A stretch of DNA of 64,000 nucleotides, from NCBI GenBank assembly GCA_031278655.1, contig JAITJZ010000137.1, positions 4,310-68,309 of the forward strand. The letters are read 5' to 3'. Below the pieces are notes generated by a model. The model worked only from the letters and a program-made list of their open reading frames with translations. It was not told the origin of the DNA and did not search any database. Both the position numbers and the translations under genes were made by a program. Origin of the DNA: Bifidobacteriaceae bacterium (lineage in GTDB: Bacteria > Actinomycetota > Actinomycetes > Actinomycetales > WQXJ01). Positions 42,324 to 51,831 of this stretch are shown piece by piece (position 1 is the first letter of the stretch; each line of letters begins with the position of its first letter).

Positions 42324-43797
42324 CGGCGCTCACCAGCTTGGCGACGGCGGCGGCGAATTGGCGCCCGCGGTCGGCGTAGGTCTCGAATTGGTCCATCGAG
42401 GCGCTGGCCGGGGCCAGCAGGACGGTGTCGCCGGGCGCGGCCAGTCCGGCGGCCGCCGCCACCGCCCGCCCCATCACGTCCGGCCCGGGCGCGACCGCGA
42501 CCACGGGCACCTCCGGCGCGCCCGCCGCCAGGGCCGCCCGCAGTTGGCTTTGGTCCAGCCCGATCAGCACCGCCGCTTTGAGGCGGTCGCCGCAGGCGGC
42601 CACCAGCGACTCGAAGCGCGCCCCCTTGGCCAGCCCGCCGGCGATCCAGACCACGCCGCCGGGCGCGAAAGAGGCCAGCGCCGCCGCCGCCGCGTGGGCG
42701 TTGGTGGCCTTGGAATCGTCCACGAAGCGCACGCCGCCCGCCCGGCCCACTTCGGCCAGGCGGTGCGGTCCCAGCCCAAAGCCGCGCAGGGCCGGTCCGA
42801 TGCCGTCTGGCGGGGTTCCGTAGGCCAGCGCCAGCGCCGCCGCCGCCAGGGCATCCGCCACCAGGTGCGGGGCCAGGCGCCCGCCCGGCCCGGCCAGGTG
42901 CGCCAGGTCGTCGAGGGAGGCCAGAGTTTCGGCGTGGCGCCGGCGGCGGTCGGTGAAGGCGCGGTCCGCCAGTTGCCCGTCGATCAGTCCGAGTTCGCCC
43001 AACCGGGGCGCCCGCAAGGCGAACCCGACCGCCCGGGGCGACCCGGCGGCATCGGCGGCCACCGCCGTCCCGGGCCCGCCGCCAGGCTGCCCGGCGCCGG
43101 GCGACCCGCCGCCCGCCGACCCGCCGCCAGCCGACACGGCATCGGCGGCCAGGGCGGCCACCGCCGGATCGTCGGCCGGGAAGATCGCGGCCGAACGGAC
43201 GCCCGCGAAGATCCGCGCCTTGGCGGCGGCGTAGGCCTCGAACGAGCCGTGCCAGTCGAGATGATCCGGCGCCACATTCAAGACGGCCGCGGCCAAGGGC
43301 CGGACCGAGCGCGTGTGATGCAACTGGAATGACGACAGCTCGACCGCGAAAACCTCGGTCTGCGGCGCCAACACGGCGCTGACCAACGGCGTGCCGACAT
43401 TCCCGGCCGTGGCCGCGCGCGCGCCCCCGGCCGTCAGCATGGCCCCGAGCATCTCGACCGTGGTGGTCTTGCCGTTGGTGCCGGTGACCACCAGCCAGGG
43501 CGCGTCCGGGTTGGCCCTGAGGCGCCAGGCCAACTCGACCTCTGACCAGATCGGCAGCCCGGCCGCGCGCGCGCCCGCCAGCAGCGGCCCGTGCGGCGGC
43601 CAACCGGGCGAGACCACCAGCAGTTCGAGCCGCCCCAGATCGACCTCGCCCGGCGCCAGAGCGCCCGGGGCCGCGTCATCGATCAAGGTCAGCTCCGCGC
43701 CCAAGGGCGCCAGCGCCGCGACCACCGCCCGCCCGGAGACCCCCAGCCCGGCCACGCCGACGCGCCGCCCGGCCCAATTCACCGCGCCACCACCCAT
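42313..43797 (-). CDS. murD: UDP-N-acetylmuramoylalanine--D-glutamate ligase
   Basis: RRVGVAGLGVSGRAV, LVVTGTNGKTTT and a Mur ligase C-terminus. Start is the ATG at 43797 or the GTG at 43782 (which overlaps the mraY stop). The track ORF to 44451 is run-through. Confidence 0.9.
   Translation of the reverse strand: MGGGAVNWAGRRVGVAGLGVSGRAVVAALAPLGAELTLIDDAAPGALAPGEVDLGRLELLVVSPGWPPHGPLLAGARAAGLPIWSEVELAWRLRANPDAPWLVVTGTNGKTTTVEMLGAMLTAGGARAATAGNVGTPLVSAVLAPQTEVFAVELSSFQLHHTRSVRPLAAAVLNVAPDHLDWHGSFEAYAAAKARIFAGVRSAAIFPADDPAVAALAADAVSAGGGSAGGGSPGAGQPGGGPGTAVAADAAGSPRAVGFALRAPRLGELGLIDGQLADRAFTDRRRRHAETLASLDDLAHLAGPGGRLAPHLVADALAAAALALAYGTPPDGIGPALRGFGLGPHRLAEVGRAGGVRFVDDSKATNAHAAAAALASFAPGGVVWIAGGLAKGARFESLVAACGDRLKAAVLIGLDQSQLRAALAAGAPEVPVVAVAPGPDVMGRAVAAAAGLAAPGDTVLLAPASASMDQFETYADRGRQFAAAVAKLVSADAG
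43102..43137. repeat. In-frame 15-bp repeat inside murD (about 2.4 units, encodes SAGGG)
   Basis: cgacccgccgcccgc, cgacccgccgccagc, then cgacac. The protein reads VSAGGGSAGGGSPG. Confidence 0.75.
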
Positions 43798-44864
43798 TCG
43801 GCGTAGAACAACCCCAGGCCGACGGCCACGAACAGGGCTGAGATCAGCCAGAAGCGGATGACGATGGTGACCTCGCCCCAGCCGGACAGCTCGAAATGGT
43901 GGTGCAGCGGCGCCATCTTGAAGACCCGTTTGCCGCCGGAGATCTTGAACCAGCCGATCTGGATGATGTCGCTGGCCGCGACTATCACAAAGAGCCCGCC
44001 GATGATCGCCGCCAGGAACTCCGTCCGCGTCACGATCGACAGCCCGGCGAAGGCGCCGCCAAGCGCCAAGGCGCCGGTGTCGCCCATGAAGATGGCCGCC
44101 GGGTGGACGTTCCACCACAGGAAGCCGAGGCAGGCGCCGGTGATGGCGGCCGCCACCATGGCCACGTCCAGCGGATCGCGCATGACGTAGCAGTGCGTCG
44201 CCGAGCCGGGCTCGCCGCAGAGGTTCGAAATCCCCCACAGCGTCACAATGATGTAGGCGGCGAAGACCATGGCCGAGGCCCCGGTCGCCAGCCCGTCCAG
44301 CCCGTCGGTCAGGTTGACGGCGTTGGTCCAGGCCGTGATCAGGAAGTTGGCCCAGAGGACAAACAGGACGATGCCGAGTGTTCGGCCCGCGAAGCTCAGG
44401 TCCAGCGGGGTGTCGCGCAAGAAGGAGATCTTGAAGGAGGCGGGCGTCCAACCCTGTTGGTTCGGGAAGCTGATGGCCAGCAGGGCGAAGCTGACGCCAA
44501 CAGCCCCTTGGCCGACGAACTTCCAGACGGGCCTGAGCCCAAGGGAGCGCTGGCGTGAGATCTTGATGAAGTCGTCGGTGAAACCGACCGCGCCCATGCC
44601 CACGAACAGGAACAGCACCAGCAGCCCGGCCGGCCTGGGCGCGCGCCCCAGGATCAGGTCGGCCAGGAAATAGGCCGCCACCGCCGCCAAGATGATGACC
44701 ACCCCGCCCATGGTGGGGGTGCCGCGCTTGGTGTGATGGGCGGTCGGCCCGTCCTGGCGGATGAACTGGCCGTAGGAGCGGTTGACCAGGAAGCGGGCCA
44801 GCAACGGCGTCCCGAACAACGCCACCACCAGGGCAACCGCGAACGAATAAAGAATGTTGAGCAT
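43779..44864 (-). CDS. mraY: Phospho-N-acetylmuramoyl-pentapeptide transferase
   Basis: KRGTPTMGG, NAVNLTDGLDGLA, FMGDTGALALGG and APLHHHFEL. Start trimmed to the ATG at 44864, overlapping the murF stop. Confidence 0.95.
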   Translation of the reverse strand: MLNILYSFAVALVVALFGTPLLARFLVNRSYGQFIRQDGPTAHHTKRGTPTMGGVVIILAAVAAYFLADLILGRAPRPAGLLVLFLFVGMGAVGFTDDFIKISRQRSLGLRPVWKFVGQGAVGVSFALLAISFPNQQGWTPASFKISFLRDTPLDLSFAGRTLGIVLFVLWANFLITAWTNAVNLTDGLDGLATGASAMVFAAYIIVTLWGISNLCGEPGSATHCYVMRDPLDVAMVAAAITGACLGFLWWNVHPAAIFMGDTGALALGGAFAGLSIVTRTEFLAAIIGGLFVIVAASDIIQIGWFKISGGKRVFKMAPLHHHFELSGWGEVTIVIRFWLISALFVAVGLGLFYAEWVVAR

Positions 44865-46267
44865 CAATCGTCTTCCGCGCCGAGGGCTTGCGCCACCCTC
44901 CACAGGTCGGTCCCGTGCGAACCTTTAATCAAGATCAACTCCTGGCCAGCGATTGACTTCAGATGGGCCGCGAGGCCGTTCGTGTCTGGCCAAAACTCTA
45001 TGTCCTCGTCGGCCATTCCGTTGGTTGCCGCGCCCACACCGATCCCGCGGGCGGCGTGGCCAACGGCGATCAGCCGCGCGAAGCCGTGCCGGGAGGCCAG
45101 GCGGCCGACCCGCACGTGTTCGGCCGCGCCCGCGCGGCCCAGTTCGCGCATCTCGCCCAGGACGCCTATGACCCGCTTGCCGGCCTGGCCGGCCAGGTCT
45201 GCGGCCGTGGTGATGGCCGCCGCCATCGATTCGGGGCTGGCGTTGTACGAGTCGTCCACCAATGTGGCCCCGCAGGGCAGGTTGACCACTTGCATGCGGT
45301 GGGGGCTGGCGGCCCCGATCTGGTCCAGGACGGCCGCCGCCCGCGTCAGGGGGATCCCGGCCGCCACCGCCCCGGCCACGGCCGCCACCACGTTGATCGC
45401 CAGATGGCGCCCAACCAGCGCGGTGGCGATGCGGGCCGATTGGCCGGTGTCTTGGTCGGTCACGGTCAGGCGCAGGCGGGCGTCGGGCCCGAGGCGCCGC
45501 TTCGTCCCCCGGATGCGCGCCATGTCCTCGAATCCGAAGGTGATCAGGTTCTCCGGCGCGCCGAAGGCCATGGCCCGGACCAGCGGGTCGTCCATGTTCA
45601 GCACCGCCGTGCCCTCGGGCGTCAGGCCGGCCACGACCTCGGCCTTGGCGCGGGCTATGGCCTCGCGCGAGCCGAACTCCCCGAGGTGGGCTTGGCCCAC
45701 GCCCAGGACGATGGCCACGTCCGGCGGCGCCACGCGCGTCAGCGCGGCGATCTCGCCCTCATGGCTGGCGCCCATCTCGACCACGACGAAGGCGGTCTCC
45801 CGATCCGCCTCGATGACGGTCAGGGGCACGCCCAGGTGGTTGTTGAACGAGCCGCGGGCCGCCACCGTTGGCCCGTTAGCGGCGGTGATCGTTGCCAGCA
45901 GGTCTTTGGTGGTGGTCTTGCCGACCGAGCCGGTGATGGCGATGACTTTCATGCCCGCCGCCGCCACCCGGGCGCGCCTGAGCGCGACCTCTGCCAGGTG
46001 GCCGAGCGCCGCCGCCGGGTCCTTGACCAGGGCGATCGGTCCGGGCACGGGGCGCGCCACAACGGCCAAGGGCGAACCTTGGGCGAACGCCTGCGGCGCG
46101 AAGTCGATGCCGTCGACCCGCGAGCCGGGCAGGGCCACAAAGACTTGGCCGGGGCCGGCTTGCCGCGAATCGATGACCACACCGGTCAAGCGGGCGTCCG
46201 GGTCGACCGCCGGACTGAGTTCCGCCCCGATCGCTGTCGCCAGTCCAACGGGGTTCCACGGGATCAT
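44864..46267 (-). CDS. murF: UDP-N-acetylmuramoyl-tripeptide--D-alanyl-D-alanine ligase
   Basis: VIDSRQAGPGQVFVAL, IAITGSVGKTTTKD and DDSYNASPESM. The ATG at 46267 overlaps the murE stop (ATGA). Confidence 0.9.
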   Translation of the reverse strand: MIPWNPVGLATAIGAELSPAVDPDARLTGVVIDSRQAGPGQVFVALPGSRVDGIDFAPQAFAQGSPLAVVARPVPGPIALVKDPAAALGHLAEVALRRARVAAAGMKVIAITGSVGKTTTKDLLATITAANGPTVAARGSFNNHLGVPLTVIEADRETAFVVVEMGASHEGEIAALTRVAPPDVAIVLGVGQAHLGEFGSREAIARAKAEVVAGLTPEGTAVLNMDDPLVRAMAFGAPENLITFGFEDMARIRGTKRRLGPDARLRLTVTDQDTGQSARIATALVGRHLAINVVAAVAGAVAAGIPLTRAAAVLDQIGAASPHRMQVVNLPCGATLVDDSYNASPESMAAAITTAADLAGQAGKRVIGVLGEMRELGRAGAAEHVRVGRLASRHGFARLIAVGHAARGIGVGAATNGMADEDIEFWPDTNGLAAHLKSIAGQELILIKGSHGTDLWRVAQALGAEDD

Positions 46268-47778
46268 TGACTGCCTTCCATTTTCTCCGCCAGGACCTGC
46301 GCGGCCACGGCCGCGTCCAGGTGGGGCCGCAAGTCGCCACCGTAGTCGATGGTCCGCTCGTGGCCTTTGCCTAGGATGACCACAGTATCGGCTGGACGGG
46401 CGGCGCCGACCGCCTGTCCGATGGCGTTGGCCCTCTCGGGGGCCTCGCTCGCCTTGGCGCCCGCCCCGGCCAGGAGCGCCGCCCGGATGGCGGCCGGATC
46501 TTCGCCGCGCGGGTTGTCGTCGGTGATGAAGACCAGGTCGGCCCCGGCGCCGGCCGTCCGGCCCATCAGTTCCCGTTTGCCGTGGTCGCGGTCGCCGCCG
46601 GCCCCGATCACGGCGATGAGGCGCCCGGCGGTGACGGGACGCAGCGCCGCCAGCACCTTGGCGATGGCGTCCGGGGCGTGGGCGTAGTCGACCACCACCA
46701 GCGGGCCGCCGCTTGGGCCGGGGACCACTTCCATACGGCCGGGCACCGCCCGCACGCGCGCCACGGCGGCGGCCGCCGCCGCCCCGTCGACTCCCGCAGC
46801 CATGGCGATGACCAGCGCCAACGCCGCGTTGGCAACGTTGTAGGCGCCGGGCAGGGCGACTTCGGCGGCGATCTCCCGGCCATCCGGCCCAATCAGCGTG
46901 AAGGGGTTGGCGCCGCCCTTGGCGCCGCCGACGCGCACCCGCCAATCGGGCGGTTCGGAACCATCCGCTTCATCCAAGGCCAGAGTTTCTACTGGAATCT
47001 GGGCTTGGGCGGCCAGCCGCCGCCCCCAATCGTCTTCAAGGTTGACCACTCCGCGCCGGGCGCGGCCCGGCGCGAACAGGGCCGCCTTGGCGGCGAAGTA
47101 ATCCTCCATCGAACCGTGATAGTCGAGATGGTCCCGGGTCAGATTGGTGAAGGCGGCCACGTCGAAGCTGAAGCCGTCAACCCGCCGCTGCGCCAACGCG
47201 TGCGAGGAAACCTCCATGACGCAGGCCCTGACTCCCCGCTCGACCATCGCGGCGAAGGCCGCCTGCAACTCGGGCGCCTCCAAGGTGGTGCGCGCGGACG
47301 GGATCTCCTGGCCGTCGATCCGGGCGCTGATGGTGCCCAGCAACGCCACTCGGCCGAAGCCCGCCGCCAGCGCCGCCTCCGCCAGATGCGCGGTCGAAGT
47401 CTTGCCGTTGGTGCCGGTGATCCCGACCACTGTCAACTGGCGGGCCGGATGGCCGTGGAACCAGGCCGCCAACTCCCCCAGCTTGGCGCGGACGTCCTCG
47501 GTCACAATCCGGGGCAGGTCCACGTCTAGCAAGGCCTCGCCGGCGCGGTCCGTCAGCACCGCCCGCGCCCCGGCCGCGGCCGCGGCGGCGGCGTGGCGGG
47601 CGCCATGGGTCTTGGCGCCCGGCAGGGCCACGAACAGGTCCCCCGGCCGGACCTGGCCGCTGGCCAGGGCCAACCCGCTGACGGCCGCCGCCAGCCCGTC
47701 CCCGACTAGGCGGGCGGCTGGGACTTGGGCGGCGACATCGGACAACGAATGCCGGTGCTCCCGGTTTGGACGCAACAC
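46264..47778 (-). CDS. murE: UDP-N-acetylmuramoyl-L-alanyl-D-glutamate--2,6-diaminopimelate (or L-Lys) ligase
   Basis: VRPGDLFVALPG, VGITGTNGKTST, VVDYAHAPDA and GAGGDRDHGKR. The GTG at 47778 lies 5 nt after the ftsI stop. The amino-acid specificity was not resolved. Confidence 0.9.
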   Translation of the reverse strand: MLRPNREHRHSLSDVAAQVPAARLVGDGLAAAVSGLALASGQVRPGDLFVALPGAKTHGARHAAAAAAAGARAVLTDRAGEALLDVDLPRIVTEDVRAKLGELAAWFHGHPARQLTVVGITGTNGKTSTAHLAEAALAAGFGRVALLGTISARIDGQEIPSARTTLEAPELQAAFAAMVERGVRACVMEVSSHALAQRRVDGFSFDVAAFTNLTRDHLDYHGSMEDYFAAKAALFAPGRARRGVVNLEDDWGRRLAAQAQIPVETLALDEADGSEPPDWRVRVGGAKGGANPFTLIGPDGREIAAEVALPGAYNVANAALALVIAMAAGVDGAAAAAAVARVRAVPGRMEVVPGPSGGPLVVVDYAHAPDAIAKVLAALRPVTAGRLIAVIGAGGDRDHGKRELMGRTAGAGADLVFITDDNPRGEDPAAIRAALLAGAGAKASEAPERANAIGQAVGAARPADTVVILGKGHERTIDYGGDLRPHLDAAVAAQVLAEKMEGSQ

Positions 47779-47782
47779 GGCC

Positions 47783-49678
47783 TCACCACTCCAAAGCCAT
47801 CTCGGCCGGATCGGTGGTCGAGGGCGGCACGCCCAACCGGTCCACCGCCGAGGCGGCGATCTGCTCGAAGACCGGGGCGGCGACGGTGCCGCCGTAATAG
47901 CCCTCAGCCTTCGGGTCGATGATGTAAACGCCGATGGCGACGCGCGGGTTCTCGGCCGGCAGCAGGCCGACGAACGACCCGACATAGAACTGGCCGCCGG
48001 CGTCGAACATCTGTGAGGTGCCGGTCTTGCCGGCCGTCCGGTAGCCGGGGACCTGCGCGCTCTTGCCGGTGCCGGAGTCGACCGCCGCCTCTAGCATGGC
48101 CACCAATTGGGTGGCGGTGGCCTCGGAGACCACCGGCTCGGCCGGTTCGATCGCCGCCGGCGTGAAACCGCCCTCGGCGCAGGTCCAGCCCTTCAGCAGA
48201 TGCGGGCGCAGGCGCTGGCCGCCGTTGCCGAGGATGGCGAACACGCTGGTGGCCTGGAGCGCGTTGACGCTGACGCCTTGGCCGAACAGGACGGTGTTGC
48301 GGGTGCGCCCGTCCCAGTACGGGTCGCCGTCGCGGGCGGGCAAGACTCCGGGTTCGTGGACCACGCCGGTGGCCTCCGGCAGTTCGACGCCGGTTTCCTC
48401 GCCGAAGCCGAAGCGCTTGAGATAGTCGTAACGGGTCGCGTCCGGCACGTCCTGGGCCGCCATGACCGTGCCCACGTTCGAGGACTTGGCCAGCACGCCG
48501 GCCAGGGTCAGGCGGTAGGTCTCGTGGCCGGAGGAATCAACGAAGCTTTGGCCGCCCACGGTGGCGTGGTCCGGCACGGTGTATTGGCTGGCGGGCGTGG
48601 CGTAGCCGCCTTCGAGCAGCATCGCCATGGTGACGACCTTGCCGGTCGAGCCGGGCTCGAAGATGTTCTCGAGGGCGCGCGAGTTGGTCCCGCCGGTCGG
48701 GTTGGAGGGGTCGGGGGTCTCTGAGTCCGCCAGGGCCAGGATTTCGCCGCTCGGGATGTCGATCGCCACCACCATGCCGAATTGGGCATTGGTCTTCTCC
48801 ACCTGGGCCTGGATCAGGCGTTGGGCCTCGAATTGGAGGGTCGAGTCGATCGTCAAGGTGGCGTCGCAGCCCGGCTCGGCCGGGTCCAAGACCACCTTGC
48901 CGCCGGGTATCGGTTGTTGGTTGCCGCCAACCTCGGTCGAGGTCTGCCCGGCCTTCCCGGCTAGCTGGTGGCCGAGTTCGTCTTCCAGGCCGGTGTACTT
49001 CTTGGCGCCCTTGGATTCCTCGGTCTCGTATTGGTAGCCGATCAGGTTGCCGGCCAGGGTTCCGGCGGGGTAGGCGCGCACGTAGTGCTTCGAGGCGTAG
49101 ACGCCCGGGTCGACGCCCTGCTGGATGTAGCCCTCGACCAGTCGGCTGACCTGGTCCCATTGCTCTTGGGTGGCGTGAGCCACCAGCCGCACGTAGGTCT
49201 TGTCGGCTTGGGCCAGGTCTTGTTCGAGGGTGGCCGCGTCGGCGCCGATCAAGGGCGCCAGTTCGGCCGCCAGTTTGGCCGGGCCCGGGCCGATCAGTTC
49301 GCCGATGGCGTCTTTGTCGCCTATCACTTTGGGGTTGGCTTGGATCTCGTAGCGGGCCACGTCGGTGGCCAGCACGGTGCCGTCCGATGTCGTGATTTGG
49401 CCGCGCTCAGCCGGCTGGACCGTTGTCACCATTCGGTTGGCCTGGCCCTCGGCGGCCTTGGCGGCGCCGTCGATGACCTGCAGCTCCACCAGCCGGGCGG
49501 CGAAGACCACCAGCACCGCCATCACCGCCAGGCGCATCAGGCCCTGGCGCCGCCTCGGGTCGCCGACCCCTGTCAGCGCCAACCACCAGCGGCTCTGCTG
49601 GCGCCGGCGCGGCCCAGGGGCGGTCGGCGCCTTGGCGGGGCCGCGTCGGCGCGGCCCCGCGCCCGGTTGCGTCATCAT
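47783..49678 (-). CDS. ftsI: Penicillin-binding protein 2/3-type transpeptidase (FtsI)
   Basis: An N-terminal TM segment (LMRLAVMAVLVVFAA) and a dimerisation domain. STGK is at FEPGSTGKVVT, SSN at KSSNVG and KTGT at GKTGTSQ. Confidence 0.9.
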   Translation of the reverse strand: MMTQPGAGPRRRGPAKAPTAPGPRRRQQSRWWLALTGVGDPRRRQGLMRLAVMAVLVVFAARLVELQVIDGAAKAAEGQANRMVTTVQPAERGQITTSDGTVLATDVARYEIQANPKVIGDKDAIGELIGPGPAKLAAELAPLIGADAATLEQDLAQADKTYVRLVAHATQEQWDQVSRLVEGYIQQGVDPGVYASKHYVRAYPAGTLAGNLIGYQYETEESKGAKKYTGLEDELGHQLAGKAGQTSTEVGGNQQPIPGGKVVLDPAEPGCDATLTIDSTLQFEAQRLIQAQVEKTNAQFGMVVAIDIPSGEILALADSETPDPSNPTGGTNSRALENIFEPGSTGKVVTMAMLLEGGYATPASQYTVPDHATVGGQSFVDSSGHETYRLTLAGVLAKSSNVGTVMAAQDVPDATRYDYLKRFGFGEETGVELPEATGVVHEPGVLPARDGDPYWDGRTRNTVLFGQGVSVNALQATSVFAILGNGGQRLRPHLLKGWTCAEGGFTPAAIEPAEPVVSEATATQLVAMLEAAVDSGTGKSAQVPGYRTAGKTGTSQMFDAGGQFYVGSFVGLLPAENPRVAIGVYIIDPKAEGYYGGTVAAPVFEQIAASAVDRLGVPPSTTDPAEMALEW

Positions 49679-50196
49679 TCGCCTCCCGCCGAATCGCCTT
49701 CGCCGCCGGCGCCGCCCGCGTCCTGCGAGCCCGCCTGGTCTGTCTGGTCTGTCTGGTCTGTCTGGCCCGTCTGGTCTGGGTCGTCTTCGGCGCCCGCGGC
49801 CAGGGCCGCGCCCACGATCCGGCCGTCGCGCAGCAGGATGTAACCGGTGGCCGGGGAATCGATCATGCCCAGTTCGGTCGCCTTGGCGGCCAGGGCCTGC
49901 GGCTCGGCCAGGGCCACCAGTTCCTCATCCATGACGTCGCGCTCGACTTCCAGGCGGGCCAGTTCGACCTCCAGCTCATGAATCTTGAAGGCGCCCGCCG
50001 CCAGGGCGGTGTTCAGCCACAAGACCGCCGCCAGCGCGCCGACCAGCAACGTCAGACAGGCGCTGGCGTAGAGCACGAACCCCCGGCGCCGGGGCGGCGC
50101 CGTCACCAGTCGCAGCCCAGGCGCCGGCGCGGCGCGGCCGGCGGCCGGGCGCGGCAAGCCGCGCCGGATCGGCGCCTGGGCCGGGGCCGCGCTCAT
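49675..50196 (-). CDS. FtsL-like cell division membrane protein (assigned by position, single TM plus coiled-coil)
   Basis: 173 aa with the TM segment FVLYASACLTLLVGALAAVLWL followed by FKIHELEVELARLEVERD. It lies between rsmH and ftsI with overlapping stops and starts. Confidence 0.55.
   Translation of the reverse strand: MSAAPAQAPIRRGLPRPAAGRAAPAPGLRLVTAPPRRRGFVLYASACLTLLVGALAAVLWLNTALAAGAFKIHELEVELARLEVERDVMDEELVALAEPQALAAKATELGMIDSPATGYILLRDGRIVGAALAAGAEDDPDQTGQTDQTDQTDQAGSQDAGGAGGEGDSAGGE
49735..49779. repeat. In-frame 9-bp tandem repeat at the 3' end of the ftsL-like gene (5 units, encodes TDQ/TGQ)
   Basis: ctggtctgt x3, then ctggcccgt and ctggtctgg. The protein reads DPDQTGQTDQTDQTDQAG. 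Confidence 0.9.
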
Positions 50197-51158
50197 GGCG
50201 TCAACCTGATTCTCTCGGCCGCCCGCAGCCGCAGGGAGCTGGAGCGGGGATTGGCGGCCACCTCGGCGGCCGAGGCCGCCTCCGCGCCCCTGGTCAGGAG
50301 TTTCAAGAATGGCTTGGTCGCCTCCGGCTCGATCGGCAGGCCGGGCGGGGCCGAGGAGCTGGCCCCGCCCGTGAGGATACGTTTGACCAATCGGTCCTCC
50401 AACGACTGATAGCTCATGACAATGATTCGGCCGCCCAGTCTGAGGGCGTCGATGGCGGCGGGCAAGCCCGCCTCGATCTGGTCCAACTCGCCGTTGACCG
50501 CCACCCTGAGGGCCTGAAAGGTGCGCTTGGCGGGGTGGCCGCCCTCGCGGCGGGCCGGGGCCGGGATGGCCGCGCGGATCAACTCGACCAGTTGGCCGGA
50601 ACGTTCGATCGGGGCGGCCGCCCTGGCCGCGACAATGCCGCGGGCGATGCGCCGCGCGAAGCGTTCCTCCCCGAAATCAGTCAGCGCCCTGGTCAACTCG
50701 TCTTCTGAAAGGCTGGCCAACAGTTCGGCGGCTGTCGGGCCGCCGGACGGGTCCATGCGCATGTCCAGCGGCGTGTCCCGGGAGTAGGCGAAACCCCGCT
50801 CGTCGAGGTCGAGCTGAACCGAGGAGACCCCGAGGTCGAACAAGACGGCATCGGCGGCCGGGACATCCGCCTCCCGCAAAACCCGGGCCAGCTCCGCGAA
50901 CGGGGCCTGGACAACCTCGGCCCCGGCCCCCAAACGCTGGCTGGCTTCGGCGACCGCCCACGGGTCGCGGTCGAGCCCGATTATGCGCGCGTCGGGCGCG
51001 CGCTCCGCCACCAGGGCGGCGTGGCCGCCGGCGCCAATGGTGGCGTCCACGTAAACGGCCCCCGGCCGCGCCAAGGCGGGACCGGCCAACTGCCAGAAGC
51101 GCTCCGGGGACACCGGCGTGTGCCGTGGCCGTAGCCGCCCCCCGAGTTCTTGCGCCAT
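50193..51158 (-). CDS. rsmH: 16S rRNA (cytosine1402-N4)-methyltransferase
   Basis: HTPV, YVDATIGAGGHA, GLDRDP, LFDLGVSSVQLD and SYQSLEDRLVK. I prefer the ATG at 51158, after AAAGGA. Confidence 0.9.
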   Translation of the reverse strand: MAQELGGRLRPRHTPVSPERFWQLAGPALARPGAVYVDATIGAGGHAALVAERAPDARIIGLDRDPWAVAEASQRLGAGAEVVQAPFAELARVLREADVPAADAVLFDLGVSSVQLDLDERGFAYSRDTPLDMRMDPSGGPTAAELLASLSEDELTRALTDFGEERFARRIARGIVAARAAAPIERSGQLVELIRAAIPAPARREGGHPAKRTFQALRVAVNGELDQIEAGLPAAIDALRLGGRIIVMSYQSLEDRLVKRILTGGASSSAPPGLPIEPEATKPFLKLLTRGAEAASAAEVAANPRSSSLRLRAAERIRLTP

Positions 51159-51360
51159 CGGCGGTCCTTTCTGTAACACTTTCGGGCCGAAGCCTGACTG
51201 ACCGGCCGTCCGGGACGGCCGAAGGGTTTGGTCGGGGGCCCTCCTCCGCCCGACCAGGTCCCCAACCCGCCGGGCGAGTCTGGCGCCGGGGAAGTGGCGT
51301 CAGATTCGGATGGCGGGGCGGAGACCAAGCCGTGCGGACCGGCCAGCCCATGTGGGAGCG
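51159..51360 (-). ncRNA. Structured mraZ-rsmH intergenic leader (candidate cis-regulatory RNA, possibly the actinobacterial mraW motif)
   Basis: An untranslated gap of about 200 nt holds several perfect GC hairpins on the gene strand: GGTCGGG-N12-CCCGACC (51230-51255), GGCCGTC-CCG-GACGGCC (51204-51220) and a GGC-UUCG-GCC stem-loop. I cannot align it to the published motif from memory. Confidence 0.3.
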
Positions 51361-51786
51361 TTATCTCACCCCCTCGCTCAGCTCGGAGTACTGCGGCGTG
51401 TAGTCGTTCAGGTAGGCGCGCCAGCGGGCGGCGTCCCAAAGCTCCAACCGCTGCTTGAGGCCGATCACGGCCACGTCGCGGCTCAGGCCGGCGTATTCGC
51501 GCAGATTCGGCGGCACCAGGACGCGCCCTTGCTTGTCCATGTCCTGAACCACCACGCCCGAATAGAAGACCCGGTCGAAGGCGATCGCGGGCATGCCGGG
51601 CGGCGCGGCGGCGCGGTTTTGCTCGGTGTAGAGGTCGAATTGGGCTTCGGAGAACAGGAAGACGCACTCGCCTTGGCCGCGTGTCAGGTAGACGCCGTCG
51701 GTCAGGGCGCCGCGGGCCTTGGCGGGCAGGATGATGCGGCCCTTGTCGTCGAGTTTGATGAGCGATTCGCCCAGTGCCCCCCTCAC
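51361..51786 (-). CDS. mraZ: Transcriptional regulator MraZ
   Basis: KLDDKGRIILPAKAR and a second DKQGRVLVPPNLRE are duplicated SpoVT/AbrB-like MraZ motifs. I prefer the GTG at 51786 (after AAGGAGG) over the GTG at 51792. Confidence 0.9.
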   Translation of the reverse strand: MRGALGESLIKLDDKGRIILPAKARGALTDGVYLTRGQGECVFLFSEAQFDLYTEQNRAAAPPGMPAIAFDRVFYSGVVVQDMDKQGRVLVPPNLREYAGLSRDVAVIGLKQRLELWDAARWRAYLNDYTPQYSELSEGVR

Positions 51787-51831
51787 GGCCACCTCCTTCC
51801 AGTCCGGCTCGCGCGGCTGCGGTCAAGGTGG

